The notes under the pieces: model-generated | The model's input: the letters and a program-made list of their open reading frames with translations, nothing else | What the model was told of the DNA's origin: nothing | Database searches by the model: none | Assembly (NCBI GenBank): GCA_963795085.1 | Contig: CAWCFX010000003.1 | Span: forward strand, 288,001-352,000 | Direction of reading: 5' to 3' | Length of the DNA stretch: 64,000 nt | From: an uncultured Gemmatimonadales bacterium | GTDB lineage: Bacteria; Gemmatimonadota; Gemmatimonadetes; Gemmatimonadales; GWC2-71-9 | Translations under genes and position numbers: made by a program | Shown here: piece after piece, positions 18,056 through 27,463 of the stretch | Layout of the letters: each line of letters opens with the position of its first letter | Position numbering within the stretch: position 1 is the stretch's first letter

Positions 18056-20751
18056 CGGCCGGTCCCCAATAATACCGCGTTGGTCACCAGCCTGGCGGTC
18101 CCGCGCCAGAACCCCCGGAACAGGGGGTTCTCCGCGAAAACTACCACCGATCCGCGACCGACGTTTTCGACCGCGGCCCACACCGAGCCACGAAGCAGCT
18201 TCTCGGTGTTTCCGGGCCACGTGAACCCGGCAAGGGTCAGGTCGGAGCCCACAAAGACGACCGGGTTATCTCCCTTCTCCGAGGGCTTGAGCAGCCGGCC
18301 GGTATCCAGGAACACGGGAAGCACATCCCGGGCATACCCCATGGTGAGCCAGTGGGTCTGGTCGAGGGAGGCCCGGAAGATGGCGCCGGGAATGCGGACC
18401 GGGGTGCGGCTCGCCCCCGCGCTGGGCGACACCAGCGGGGGCGCCGGCCGGCTGCTCAGGCTCACCGTCGTATCGGCCCCGGGCAGCTTGGTCTTATCGG
18501 TTTCGTCCTCGCCCAGCGGCACCACGGTGGTGAGGGAGATCTCCTTGCGGCTCAGCACCTCGACCGCGCCCCCCACGGCGAGAATGCTGCCGCCGCTTCG
18601 CACCCAACTCTTCAACCGTTCTGCCCCGCTCTCGCCGAGTTCCCGCCAGATCCGGCTGGAAGACCCGCCCGGAAGAATCAGGACGTTGTATCGGTCGAGG
18701 TCCATCCCGCTGATGGCCGAGAGCCGCACCGGCGTGACCGGGTAGCGCAGCTCCTGCTCGAAGTAATACCAGAAGTCTCCAAAGGTCGTCTGGTCGAGTC
18801 CATCATCCGCCGCGAGCAGGACCCGGGGCGTCCGCAGGCTGACGACGCTTTCGCTGCCCACCCCGGTGTTGCCGGTATCGGCGAAGGCCGACTGCACGGC
18901 GGTCACCTGGGCGCCGGTCTCCATGGCCAGCGCCGCGATCCGCTCGTGGATGCCCACAGGATTTCGTTGCAGCCGCACCACGAACGTACCCCGCGGCCAG
19001 GCGGCGCCATCGGCGACGAGAGGCGCGGTGGCGACGGCGACCTTGAAATCCTCGCGCAGGAGCTGCATCGCGAGCCGGGCACCCGCCTCCGATCCGTTGG
19101 TAAACACGTAGGCCGAGCGGGCCCGCCCGGTTACGGTCCCCGGCGGCAGGCTGTCATCCACCGCCACCCGACGCCCGCTGACCGGCGCGGCCTCGTCGGT
19201 GTGCCAGGCGTCGAGACCCAGCGTCAGCGGCAGCGCCCATGCCGTGATGTCGTAGAATTCGTAGCCTTCCTGGGCGGCTTCCTCGCCCCGGATCCGGTTG
19301 CGTTCGAAGCGGCCCAGCTGACGCTGGGCGAACCCGCTGTCCATCAGCGGCCGCGGTTCCAGGATGGCGGTGGCCAGCCGGGCCTCCGGCTGGTCGAGAT
19401 CCACCACGTAGCTGCCGGCCGGAATGACCTGCCGTCCCGCCGGACCGCCCAGGTAGGACGTGGCCCGGGCCAGGGCGACCGGGGCCTCGGTGCGTATCAC
19501 CTCGATGTGCTGGCGGGACAGCAGGCTTGCCAGCCAGTGGGCGCGAGCCGGGTCGCCGGCGCCGCCAAACACGATGCGCCGGAGCGGCCGTCCCCGCGCC
19601 TCCGCCATGCCGGTGGCGTGGAAGGCGTGGTAATCCTGGAGCAGCGCCGCCCGGTTGGCCGCCGCCGTGGCCAGGGTGGCCAGGGAAGCGACATAGTGAT
19701 GCGCGATGCCCATCTCGAAGCTGGTCCAGGTCCCGTCGTCCTTGCGCTTCCGAAGCTCCGGCCCCCCGTCGGTCTCATACGTCATCCCGATGGCCCCGCT
19801 CAGGGTGGGCCATTCGTCCACGTAGCCGGGGTAGAAGAAATCGAACACGTCCCGCACGTAGTACTGCCAGCCGTAGCGGTCGAAGGCGTTCCCGTTGTTG
19901 CGGCCAAACCGTTCGAACCACTGAAGGGTCGATGCCGGCAGGTTGCGGTTGGTCGGCTGGGTGACCGGGGGGAAGAAATATTGACTGGTCGTGCTGTGCA
20001 GGTCCACGACTACCTGGGGCCGCCACCGCGTCATCACGCCGGCGAGGGCACGCGATTCCAGCTGCGACTGGGCCAGCAGGTCCCGGTTCATGTCGAACCG
20101 GTAATGGTTGTACCGGCCCCAGATGCTCCAGGGTTCGGTCTGTTCCAGCGCCGCCGGCTCGTCGGTGTTGACGGCGACCGAATTGTACCACGCGGCGAAC
20201 CGCTCGTGCCCATCGGGGTTCTGCGACGGATTGATGAGGACGAGGGTCTGCCGGAGGATCTCCAGGGTCGCCGGCTCGTCGCTCGCCAGCAGTTGATACG
20301 CGGTCTGCATGGCCGTCTCGAAGCCGGCCGGTTCATTGCCATGCACCGAGTGGGACAGCAGGACCACGGCGGGCAGCCCCTCGGCGACGGATCGGGCGTC
20401 AGCGGCGGTCGTCGCCCGCGCATCGGCCAGCCGGGCCAGCCCGGCGCGGATCTGGTCCAGCCGGGCCAGGTTTTCCGGCGCCGAGATGATCAGCAGCCGC
20501 ATCACTTTCCCCTCGGCGGTCCGGCCCATCACCTCGGTCCGGACCCGCTCCGGCGCCGCCGCCATCATCCGGTCCAGCACCCCCTGCTGCTGGTGATACA
20601 TCGTGTGCCGGGCGCCAATCCGGTATCCCAGGAGGCTTTCCGGGCGAGGCACGGCGGCGCGGTAGGGACCCCGATCGTAGAAATCGAACTCCTGGGCCGC
20701 CAGCGGGGTGGCCAGGGAGAGGGCGATGGCGAGGGCAATGAGTCGGGGCAT
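18052..20751 (-). CDS. M14 zinc carboxypeptidase family, secreted
   Basis: Signal peptide; HGNE, NPDG, RYNHYRFDMNRD, VDLH zinc ligands; C-terminal amidotransferase-like domain. Confidence 0.88.
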   Translation of the reverse strand: MPRLIALAIALSLATPLAAQEFDFYDRGPYRAAVPRPESLLGYRIGARHTMYHQQQGVLDRMMAAAPERVRTEVMGRTAEGKVMRLLIISAPENLARLDQIRAGLARLADARATTAADARSVAEGLPAVVLLSHSVHGNEPAGFETAMQTAYQLLASDEPATLEILRQTLVLINPSQNPDGHERFAAWYNSVAVNTDEPAALEQTEPWSIWGRYNHYRFDMNRDLLAQSQLESRALAGVMTRWRPQVVVDLHSTTSQYFFPPVTQPTNRNLPASTLQWFERFGRNNGNAFDRYGWQYYVRDVFDFFYPGYVDEWPTLSGAIGMTYETDGGPELRKRKDDGTWTSFEMGIAHHYVASLATLATAAANRAALLQDYHAFHATGMAEARGRPLRRIVFGGAGDPARAHWLASLLSRQHIEVIRTEAPVALARATSYLGGPAGRQVIPAGSYVVDLDQPEARLATAILEPRPLMDSGFAQRQLGRFERNRIRGEEAAQEGYEFYDITAWALPLTLGLDAWHTDEAAPVSGRRVAVDDSLPPGTVTGRARSAYVFTNGSEAGARLAMQLLREDFKVAVATAPLVADGAAWPRGTFVVRLQRNPVGIHERIAALAMETGAQVTAVQSAFADTGNTGVGSESVVSLRTPRVLLAADDGLDQTTFGDFWYYFEQELRYPVTPVRLSAISGMDLDRYNVLILPGGSSSRIWRELGESGAERLKSWVRSGGSILAVGGAVEVLSRKEISLTTVVPLGEDETDKTKLPGADTTVSLSSRPAPPLVSPSAGASRTPVRIPGAIFRASLDQTHWLTMGYARDVLPVFLDTGRLLKPSEKGDNPVVFVGSDLTLAGFTWPGNTEKLLRGSVWAAVENVGRGSVVVFAENPLFRGFWRGTARLVTNAVLLGTGR

Positions 20752-20853
20752 GGGGGGCAAAGGGGGCAAAGGGGCAAAGGGGCAAAGGGGGCAAGGGCAA
20801 GGGGCCAGAGGGTATGGGGGTACGGCCCGCTTGCCCCCTGTCCCCCTGGCCCT
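20752..20853. repeat. G-rich short tandem repeats (GGGGCAA)n with C-rich counter-arm
   Basis: GGGGGCAAAGGGGGCAAAGGGGCAAAGGGGCAAAGGGGGCAAGGGCAAGGGG ... CTTGCCCCCTGTCCCCCTGGCCC. Confidence 0.8.
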
Positions 20854-20854
20854 C

Positions 20855-21787
20855 TTACGTCAGGATCGCCTGCTGCTGCTGCTGACGGGAGCGCAAATCC
20901 CAGGTTTCAGCCACGACGCCGCCGAGCAGGAACACGATGGCGGTGTACCAGACCCAGAGCACGAAGAGAATCATGGCACCCAGGTTGGCATCGAGAGTGA
21001 ACTGGCTGTTCTGCACGATGCGCCCAAGGTACAGCCCGAAGAGACGCTTGGCCACTTCGAAGGCGATCGCCGTAAAGCTTGCGGCCACCATGGCGGCCCG
21101 CCAGGGCAGCCGCCGGATAGACGCGTAGCGGTAGATCACGAAGAAGAGGACGATCGAGAATCCTACCGTGAGGACCTCCCCCAGCATCCGGCCCAGGGTG
21201 GTGAAAAAGAACGCGGTCAGCGGGGTCTCGCCCTCGGCCTGCCGGGGCAGGATGGACAGCAGGGTGCTCAACACGGTGTTGAGCAGGAACAGCAGGATGA
21301 CCGCCACGACCATGGAGACATCGCGCAGCTTGGCGAGAAGGTAGTTTACCAGGAAATGCCGCCGCACGGTCCGCACCGAGACATCGTACAGAAAGTTGAG
21401 GGCGGTGCGGATGCCGGCGAAGAGGCGGGTACTGAACCAGATGAAACTGGGCAGCGCGTACAGGGTAAGCTTGCCCCGGTTCTCGGTCACCTTGGCCAGC
21501 AGCGCCTCGACCACGGCGAATGGATCGTTGCCGCCCACCAGGGTGTGGGCGGGCAGAAATGGCTGCAGCAGCTGGTGAATGTCCACCGTGGAGGAGTTGC
21601 CCTGCAGCTCGGCCAGGTAGGTCAGCGCCACCAGGAGCAGCAGGATAAAGGGGACGGCGGCCAGCAACGCGTCGAAGGTCAGCGCGCTGGCCAGGAAGGG
21701 GACGTTGTTTTCGTCGGCGGCCTGCAGAGTGCGCCGGACGAACCCGCGGAGGCTGCGGTGCCAGCCTCCCAGGACGATACTGGTCAG
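20855..21787 (-). CDS. YihY/BrkB family membrane protein
   Basis: Family-typical N-terminus (DENNVPFLASALTFDALLAAVPF) lies in frame upstream of the ORF-track start; 'FEVAKRLFGLY', 'LFVLWVWYTAIVFLLGG'. Confidence 0.88.
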   Translation of the reverse strand: MTSIVLGGWHRSLRGFVRRTLQAADENNVPFLASALTFDALLAAVPFILLLLVALTYLAELQGNSSTVDIHQLLQPFLPAHTLVGGNDPFAVVEALLAKVTENRGKLTLYALPSFIWFSTRLFAGIRTALNFLYDVSVRTVRRHFLVNYLLAKLRDVSMVVAVILLFLLNTVLSTLLSILPRQAEGETPLTAFFFTTLGRMLGEVLTVGFSIVLFFVIYRYASIRRLPWRAAMVAASFTAIAFEVAKRLFGLYLGRIVQNSQFTLDANLGAMILFVLWVWYTAIVFLLGGVVAETWDLRSRQQQQQAILT

Positions 21788-22218
21788 GCGGTGGGCTCCT
21801 GGGCGCGGGGGCCCCGGCGGCGGGCGCGGGCCTGTTCCAGCCGGCGTTCCAGCTCTTCCCGGGCGCCACCCCGCTGCGTGGTCGGCTCCAGGTCGGGCGC
21901 GCCGTCCTCGTCGGCATAATCGAGGTCGTCGGGGGCGTCCACGGCCAGGTCATCCGCGGGGAAGCCCGCGGCCGGGCTGACCCGGTTCCGGCTGGACAAC
22001 TTCTCGCCCAGCTCGTCCACCTTCTCTTCGGCCATCGCCCGCACCTTGCGGAGCCGGCGCTTGAGGCCTCGGCGGGTTTCCTCTCCGCTCTGCGGCGCGT
22101 ACAGCAGGGCCAGTCCGGCGCCGATCATCGCACCCAGCAGGAGCGCCTTGACCGAGGTCCCGCCCCGCTCCACGAACACGATCTTGCGGCCGTCGTCGTC
22201 ATCGTCATCGAAAAACAT
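21784..22218 (-). CDS. YtxH-domain protein
   Basis: LLGAMIGAGLALLYAPQSGEETR signature. Confidence 0.9.
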   Translation of the reverse strand: MFFDDDDDDGRKIVFVERGGTSVKALLLGAMIGAGLALLYAPQSGEETRRGLKRRLRKVRAMAEEKVDELGEKLSSRNRVSPAAGFPADDLAVDAPDDLDYADEDGAPDLEPTTQRGGAREELERRLEQARARRRGPRAQEPTA

Positions 22219-22224
22219 GGGGAT

Positions 22225-23640
22225 CTATTCTCCAGCTTCGGCGTCGTCCACCGCGGTGACGAGGGCCGGCTTCAGGGAAGCGTGCGGTTGCAGCGGAGCG
22301 TGAATGAACTCGTTCACCAGGGTGATGGTGCCATTGACGTTGAGCTGCTCGAAGAGAAACGCAAAGGTCTTCTCCAGGTCCTTCGCAATGGCGGCGCGAA
22401 CGTCCTCGGGCAGCGACCAGAATTCCTGCTTGAAGGGGCCGATCGCCTTTTTCCGCGCCTTGTAGTAAAACTGTTCGTCGGAGTCGCCGGCCTTGAAATC
22501 GCTCTGGGCATTCTCCTTGACCCACGCCTTGATACGGGAGACCATCTCGGCCGGGAGGCTGGGATGGTCGAACACGATGTTCTGGAAATTGGTGGCGAGG
22601 TGGATCTCGGCGGTCTCGATCCGGGGGAAGTTGCCAAAGGCGTTGGAGGGCAGCGTGCTGGCACCGTGCTGCACCGCGCCGGAGAGGCCGTATTCCTCGC
22701 GGGCCACCCGGGAGAGGGCCGCCAGCGCCTCGAGGTCGAGCTTGACGTCGGCGATGCTGCCGTCCGGCAGCACGACGCCACCGTGGGAGGTGCCGGTCTG
22801 CACCGAGATCTTGGTGATCCCTTCGTAGTCGCCCAGCGCCGCGAGGGCCCGGTTGTAACCCTGCATGAACGCGTGCAGTTCCTCCACGGTGCTGTTCTTG
22901 TGTCCGACCTCGCCGATCTCGGCGCCCACCGAGACGGACACGCCTTCCGGTTCCTGGTCCCGGATGAACTGGGTGATTTCGGCGGCGTGCTGGTAGTTGA
23001 GCCGCTGCTGCTCGTCCAGCGTGGGCCGGGAGAGATCCACCAGGGTGGATGTGTCCACGTCGATGTTGTAGAAACCGGCGCCGACCTCCTCCCCGATCAA
23101 CTTCTTCACCTCGCCCAGTTCTCCCGGGGCATCGGCCTGGTATTTCTTGGCGTTGACCTGGCAGTGGTCGCCCTGGATGAAGAGCGGGAGGTGATAGCCC
23201 TCGCGCAGCGCGGCGCCGATGATGACCGCGACGTATTCGGCCGGGCGCTGGTCGGTGTAGGCAATCTCGGAACGGGCGATCTCGAAAATCACCGCGCCGG
23301 CCCGCCCCGCCTTGGCGGTGCGCATGATGGCGCGGGAGGTATCGTAGGTCATCATGCGGACGTTCATCGCCGGCACCGTGAAGCCGGCGCACTCGCCCCG
23401 GGCCCGGGCCTCGTAGATGCCGGTAATCGAGGCCGGCCGCGCGCCCACCGCCTGGCCCAGTTCCCAGAGCAGCCAGCGGGCCGCGTCCCGCCCGGCCGGA
23501 TCGCCGAAGACGGCCTGCCAGACCACCCGGTCGGTGGCCTCCGACTGGAGCTTCGATGCATCCTTCACATGCACGCCGCCCGCCGTCAGGAGCACGGCGC
23601 CGGCGTACAGATTGACTGCCTGCTGGATCGGATCGGTCAT
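22225..23640 (-). CDS. Class II fructose-bisphosphate aldolase family
   Basis: FTVPAMN, QGDH, GAEIGEVG, TGTSHG, AVQHGAS; adjacent to pgi. Confidence 0.88.
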   Translation of the reverse strand: MTDPIQQAVNLYAGAVLLTAGGVHVKDASKLQSEATDRVVWQAVFGDPAGRDAARWLLWELGQAVGARPASITGIYEARARGECAGFTVPAMNVRMMTYDTSRAIMRTAKAGRAGAVIFEIARSEIAYTDQRPAEYVAVIIGAALREGYHLPLFIQGDHCQVNAKKYQADAPGELGEVKKLIGEEVGAGFYNIDVDTSTLVDLSRPTLDEQQRLNYQHAAEITQFIRDQEPEGVSVSVGAEIGEVGHKNSTVEELHAFMQGYNRALAALGDYEGITKISVQTGTSHGGVVLPDGSIADVKLDLEALAALSRVAREEYGLSGAVQHGASTLPSNAFGNFPRIETAEIHLATNFQNIVFDHPSLPAEMVSRIKAWVKENAQSDFKAGDSDEQFYYKARKKAIGPFKQEFWSLPEDVRAAIAKDLEKTFAFLFEQLNVNGTITLVNEFIHAPLQPHASLKPALVTAVDDAEAGE

Positions 23641-23739
23641 AGGATTTCCTCGAGCTGGATCAGCGGATTCCTGATTTCAGAATCTAGGCCCGAAACGAGA
23701 ACGAAGTAAGTGGGCCGGGCGATCGTGGGACGGTGAAAA

Positions 23740-25119
23740 TCAGGCCACGTCCCCCGTCCTCCGGTTCCTGACCTCCTGCAATTCAAACCCCGGGCGGCCC
23801 ATGGCGGCGTAGGTGAGCCGCTTGCCCAGTTCCACCCCGGGCTGATCGAACGGGTTGACCCCGTACCAGACGCCGGCGTACCCGGTGGCCAGCTGGTAGA
23901 ACATGATCAGGTGGCCCAGGGATTCCGCGGTGAGCACCGGCAGCTGCACCGTCATGTTCATCCGGCCGGCGCTGGAGAGCGCGGCCGCGGTGGCTTCGAA
24001 CTCGGCGCGAAGCAGGCCGCCCAGCGTGTGGCCCGGCAGGTAGGCCAGCTCCGCCGGGAGGGAAGGCAGTCCGGGTATGGTGACGTCCTCGCCGAACTCG
24101 TTCACGGTCAGGAAGGTGACCACCTTGTCATAGGGCCCCTCCATGAACAGCTGCACCTGGCTGTGCTGGTCGGTGGCACCCACCGAGGCAAGCGGCGTGG
24201 GGCCGGTGAACACCGCGTGCCCGCCCCGGCTTTCCCGCTTGCCCAGGCTCTCGGCCCACAGCTGGCGGAACCACTCGGCGAATTCCCGAAGCCGGTCGGT
24301 GTAGGGCATCAGGACGTGAATCCGGGCGCCCTGCGTCGCGTCCGCCGACCAGAGCAGGGCCGCGTAGAGGGCGGCGCGGTTGTGCAGCAAGTCGGGCTCA
24401 TCAGCGTTCTCGACCGCCGTGCGGGCGCCTTCGAGGAGCGCGGCGATATCGATGCCGACCAGCGCCGCCGGCAGCAGCCCCACCGGCGACAGGACGCTGA
24501 ACCGCCCCCCCACGGAGGGCGGGACATTGAGCGTGGCGATCCCATCGGCCTGGGCGATCTCCCGGAGGGCGCCCTTCTCAGGGTCGGTGGTAAACACCAG
24601 GTGGCGCACCGCCGCCGAGCCGAGGGCATCTTCCAGCCACTGCCGGATTACCAGATACTGGGCCATCGTCTCGGCGGTGCCGCCCGATTTGCTGATCACG
24701 TTCACCAGTACCCGCCGGGGATCGATCCGGCGCAGCGCGGCGGCGATGGTCGTCGGATCGACGTTGTCGAGGACGGTGAGCCGGGGAAAGAACTCCCGGC
24801 CTTCATCGTCCAGCTCGTTCCACGCGGGAGGTCGCAGCGCGTTGAGCAGCGCCTTGGCGCCCAGGGCGGAGCCGCCGATTCCCAGGACCACGACGTGGTC
24901 ATGCGCCTGGCCCAGCCCCTCGGCGAAACCCGCGATACTCTTCACGGTGGCGTCCTGCTCCGCCAGGCCGTAGAACCCGTACTCCCCCTCGGCGCGGCGA
25001 GCCCGGACTTCGGCCTGGACGTCCCGAAACCGGGACTCCAGCTCCTCGAGGCGGGCGCGAGAGAGTCCGTGCTCCCCGTCGAGGCCGTCCTGCATCATCC
25101 GTCCGTAACTCAGTTTCAT
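23740..25119 (-). CDS. pgi: Glucose-6-phosphate isomerase
   Basis: GIGGSALG, SKSGGTAET, GGRFSVLS, QLWAESLGK, DQHSQVQ, PFDQPGVELGK. Confidence 0.96.
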   Translation of the reverse strand: MKLSYGRMMQDGLDGEHGLSRARLEELESRFRDVQAEVRARRAEGEYGFYGLAEQDATVKSIAGFAEGLGQAHDHVVVLGIGGSALGAKALLNALRPPAWNELDDEGREFFPRLTVLDNVDPTTIAAALRRIDPRRVLVNVISKSGGTAETMAQYLVIRQWLEDALGSAAVRHLVFTTDPEKGALREIAQADGIATLNVPPSVGGRFSVLSPVGLLPAALVGIDIAALLEGARTAVENADEPDLLHNRAALYAALLWSADATQGARIHVLMPYTDRLREFAEWFRQLWAESLGKRESRGGHAVFTGPTPLASVGATDQHSQVQLFMEGPYDKVVTFLTVNEFGEDVTIPGLPSLPAELAYLPGHTLGGLLRAEFEATAAALSSAGRMNMTVQLPVLTAESLGHLIMFYQLATGYAGVWYGVNPFDQPGVELGKRLTYAAMGRPGFELQEVRNRRTGDVA

Positions 25120-25170
25120 CGTCGCGCTCCAGTGCATGGGAAGGAGCCAGCCGGCCTGCCGGGTCGCCCG

Positions 25171-25944
25171 CTAGATGGCGACACTGAGCCCATCGTAGGC
25201 GGGCCGGACGCCGGGCGGAAGGCTGGCCGCCAGTTCCGCGTGGCCGGTCTCGTGGGTCAGGTGGGTCAGAAACGTCTTCTCCGCGCCGAGGGCCTGGGCG
25301 GTGGCGACCGCCTCGGGGATGCTCATGTGGGTGGGATGGGAACGCCACCAGAGGGCGTTCAGCACCAGCACCCGGACCCCACGCAGGAGAGCCATCTCGG
25401 CGTCGCCCACCGCCTTGACGTCCGTAAGATAGGCCAGGTCGCCGAACCGGTATCCGTACACCCGCAGGTGACCGTGGCGAAAAGCCAGCGGCAGCACCGG
25501 GATCCCGGCGATCGTCACGGCGGTCCCCGGTTCCAGCGGGTGCAGGGCCAGCTGGGGTTTCGAGGTGCCCGCGTAGACCTGGGCATCGGCGTCGAAAATG
25601 TACCGGAAGGTTCCCTGCAGCCGCTCCAGGGTCTCGGGGGGGCCGTAGACCGGGAGCGCCCGGCGCTGCCGCACCGAGAAGATCCGCAGGTCATCGATGC
25701 CGTGAGTGTGATCGGCGTGTTCGTGCGTGTAGAGCACGGCGTCGGCGCGGTTGACCCCGGCGGCGACCAGCTGGAGCCGAAGCTCGGGCGGGGTGTCAAT
25801 CAGAATCGTGCCCGTATCCGTCTCGACCACCGCGCCGGACCGGCTGCGCCGGTCGCGGGGGTCCGGTGAGCCGCAGACCGCACAGGAACAGCCGACCTGG
25901 GGAATGCCGAAGCTGGTGCCGGTCCCCAGAAAGGTCAGCTTCAC
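25171..25944 (-). CDS. MBL-fold metallo-hydrolase (PhnP-like)
   Basis: FLGTGTSFGIP..CSCAVC, THEHADHTHG, YLTD, THLTH. Confidence 0.92.
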   Translation of the reverse strand: MKLTFLGTGTSFGIPQVGCSCAVCGSPDPRDRRSRSGAVVETDTGTILIDTPPELRLQLVAAGVNRADAVLYTHEHADHTHGIDDLRIFSVRQRRALPVYGPPETLERLQGTFRYIFDADAQVYAGTSKPQLALHPLEPGTAVTIAGIPVLPLAFRHGHLRVYGYRFGDLAYLTDVKAVGDAEMALLRGVRVLVLNALWWRSHPTHMSIPEAVATAQALGAEKTFLTHLTHETGHAELAASLPPGVRPAYDGLSVAI

Positions 25945-25974
25945 GGGGCGGGCAGCCGGCAGGTCGCCCGGCAG

Positions 25975-27438
25975 CTACACATGCTCGACCTTGAGAAGGT
26001 TGGTCGTGCCGGGGACGTCAAAGGGGACCCCGGCGGTTACCACCACGGCCTGGCCCGGCTCCGCCAGCTTGTGCTCCAGGATCCGCTGCCGGGCCACGGT
26101 GAGCATGGAGTCGTAGTTGGGCAGGTGGTCCACGTGGACCGGGATGACGCCCCAGACCAGCGAGAGTTGCCGGAACGTTTCGATCTCCGGTGTCACCGCG
26201 AAGATGGGGACCGGTGGCCGGTACGAGGAGACCTTCCGGGCGGTGAACCCGCTGCTGGTGAAGCAGACGATAAGCGGCGTGGTGAGCAGTTCGGCCGCCA
26301 CGCATACCGCCAGGCCGATGGCGTCCTCGGTGCGAACCGGGGCGGCCCGGGGTGCCGCCACCCGGTCGCCGTCTTCGCCCTTGCGGCGGGAATGGCCGAC
26401 CGCCGCCTCGTAGGAAGGGCTCCGCCCCCGCTGGTTGGCTTCCATTTCTCGGGCGATCCGGTCCATCGCGCGGACCGCTTCGACCGGGAATGACCCCACC
26501 GCGGTCTCCGCCGAGAGCATCACCGCATCGGTCCCGTCCAGAATGGCGTTGGCCACGTCGCTCGCCTCGGCCCGGGTGGGCCGGGGCGCGTGCACCATGG
26601 ACTCCAGCATCTGGGTGGCGGTGATCACCGGCTTGCCCTGGAGATTGGCCTCCCGGATCAGCCGTTTCTGCACCAGCGGCACCTCCTCGAACGGCAGCTC
26701 GACGCCGAGGTCGCCCCGGGCGACCATGATGGCATCGGAGGCTTCGATGATGGTGGACAGGTTGCGGACCGCGGTGTCCTTTTCGATCTTGGCGACCAGC
26801 CGGATCGACTTGGGAACCAGGGCGCGGAGCTCTTCCATGTCCTCGGGACGGCGGACGAACGAGAGGGCGATGAAGTCCACTCCCTGGCGCACCGCCCGCT
26901 GGACATCCTCCCGGTCCCGCTCGGTCAGCGCGGGGGCGCTGACCTCGATGCCTGGCAGGTTCATGCCCTTGTTGCTCTTGAGGTCGCCGCCGTACACCAC
27001 GAGGCCGCGCACCTTGTTGCCGGTCACCCCGGTCACCGTGACCTCGAGCAATCCGTCATCCAGCAGGATGCGGGCGCCGGCGCTCACGTCCTTGGCAAGG
27101 TCTTCGTACGTAGTCGGAATTTCGCGGGGACCCGCGCTGCTTTCGGGGGCGAACACCACTTCGCTGCCGGGATCGAGCCGGAGCGGCGCCGGGAGCGTCC
27201 CCACCCGGATCCGGGGGCCCTGCAGGTCTAGGAGGATCGCCGCCGACGAGCGCCGGGCCTGGAACACGGCCTTGAGATCGGCGATCCAGCTTTCCCGGAT
27301 GGCCGGCGTCCCGTGCGACGCATTGATGCGGACCACGTTGACGCCCGCATCGAGCAGCGAGGTGATTTTCTCCTGTCCCGCCCAGGCGGGGCCCAGGGTG
27401 GCGACGATCTTGGTGCGGCGAGGCGCGGTTCGGTTCAT
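25975..27438 (-). CDS. pyk: Pyruvate kinase
   Basis: TKIVATLGPA, DLQGP, AKIE, MVARGDLG, ATQMLESM, PTRAEASDVANA, MLSAETA. Confidence 0.97.
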   Translation of the reverse strand: MNRTAPRRTKIVATLGPAWAGQEKITSLLDAGVNVVRINASHGTPAIRESWIADLKAVFQARRSSAAILLDLQGPRIRVGTLPAPLRLDPGSEVVFAPESSAGPREIPTTYEDLAKDVSAGARILLDDGLLEVTVTGVTGNKVRGLVVYGGDLKSNKGMNLPGIEVSAPALTERDREDVQRAVRQGVDFIALSFVRRPEDMEELRALVPKSIRLVAKIEKDTAVRNLSTIIEASDAIMVARGDLGVELPFEEVPLVQKRLIREANLQGKPVITATQMLESMVHAPRPTRAEASDVANAILDGTDAVMLSAETAVGSFPVEAVRAMDRIAREMEANQRGRSPSYEAAVGHSRRKGEDGDRVAAPRAAPVRTEDAIGLAVCVAAELLTTPLIVCFTSSGFTARKVSSYRPPVPIFAVTPEIETFRQLSLVWGVIPVHVDHLPNYDSMLTVARQRILEHKLAEPGQAVVVTAGVPFDVPGTTNLLKVEHV

Positions 27439-27463
27439 TTTCGAAGCATCGGTGAACAATAGA

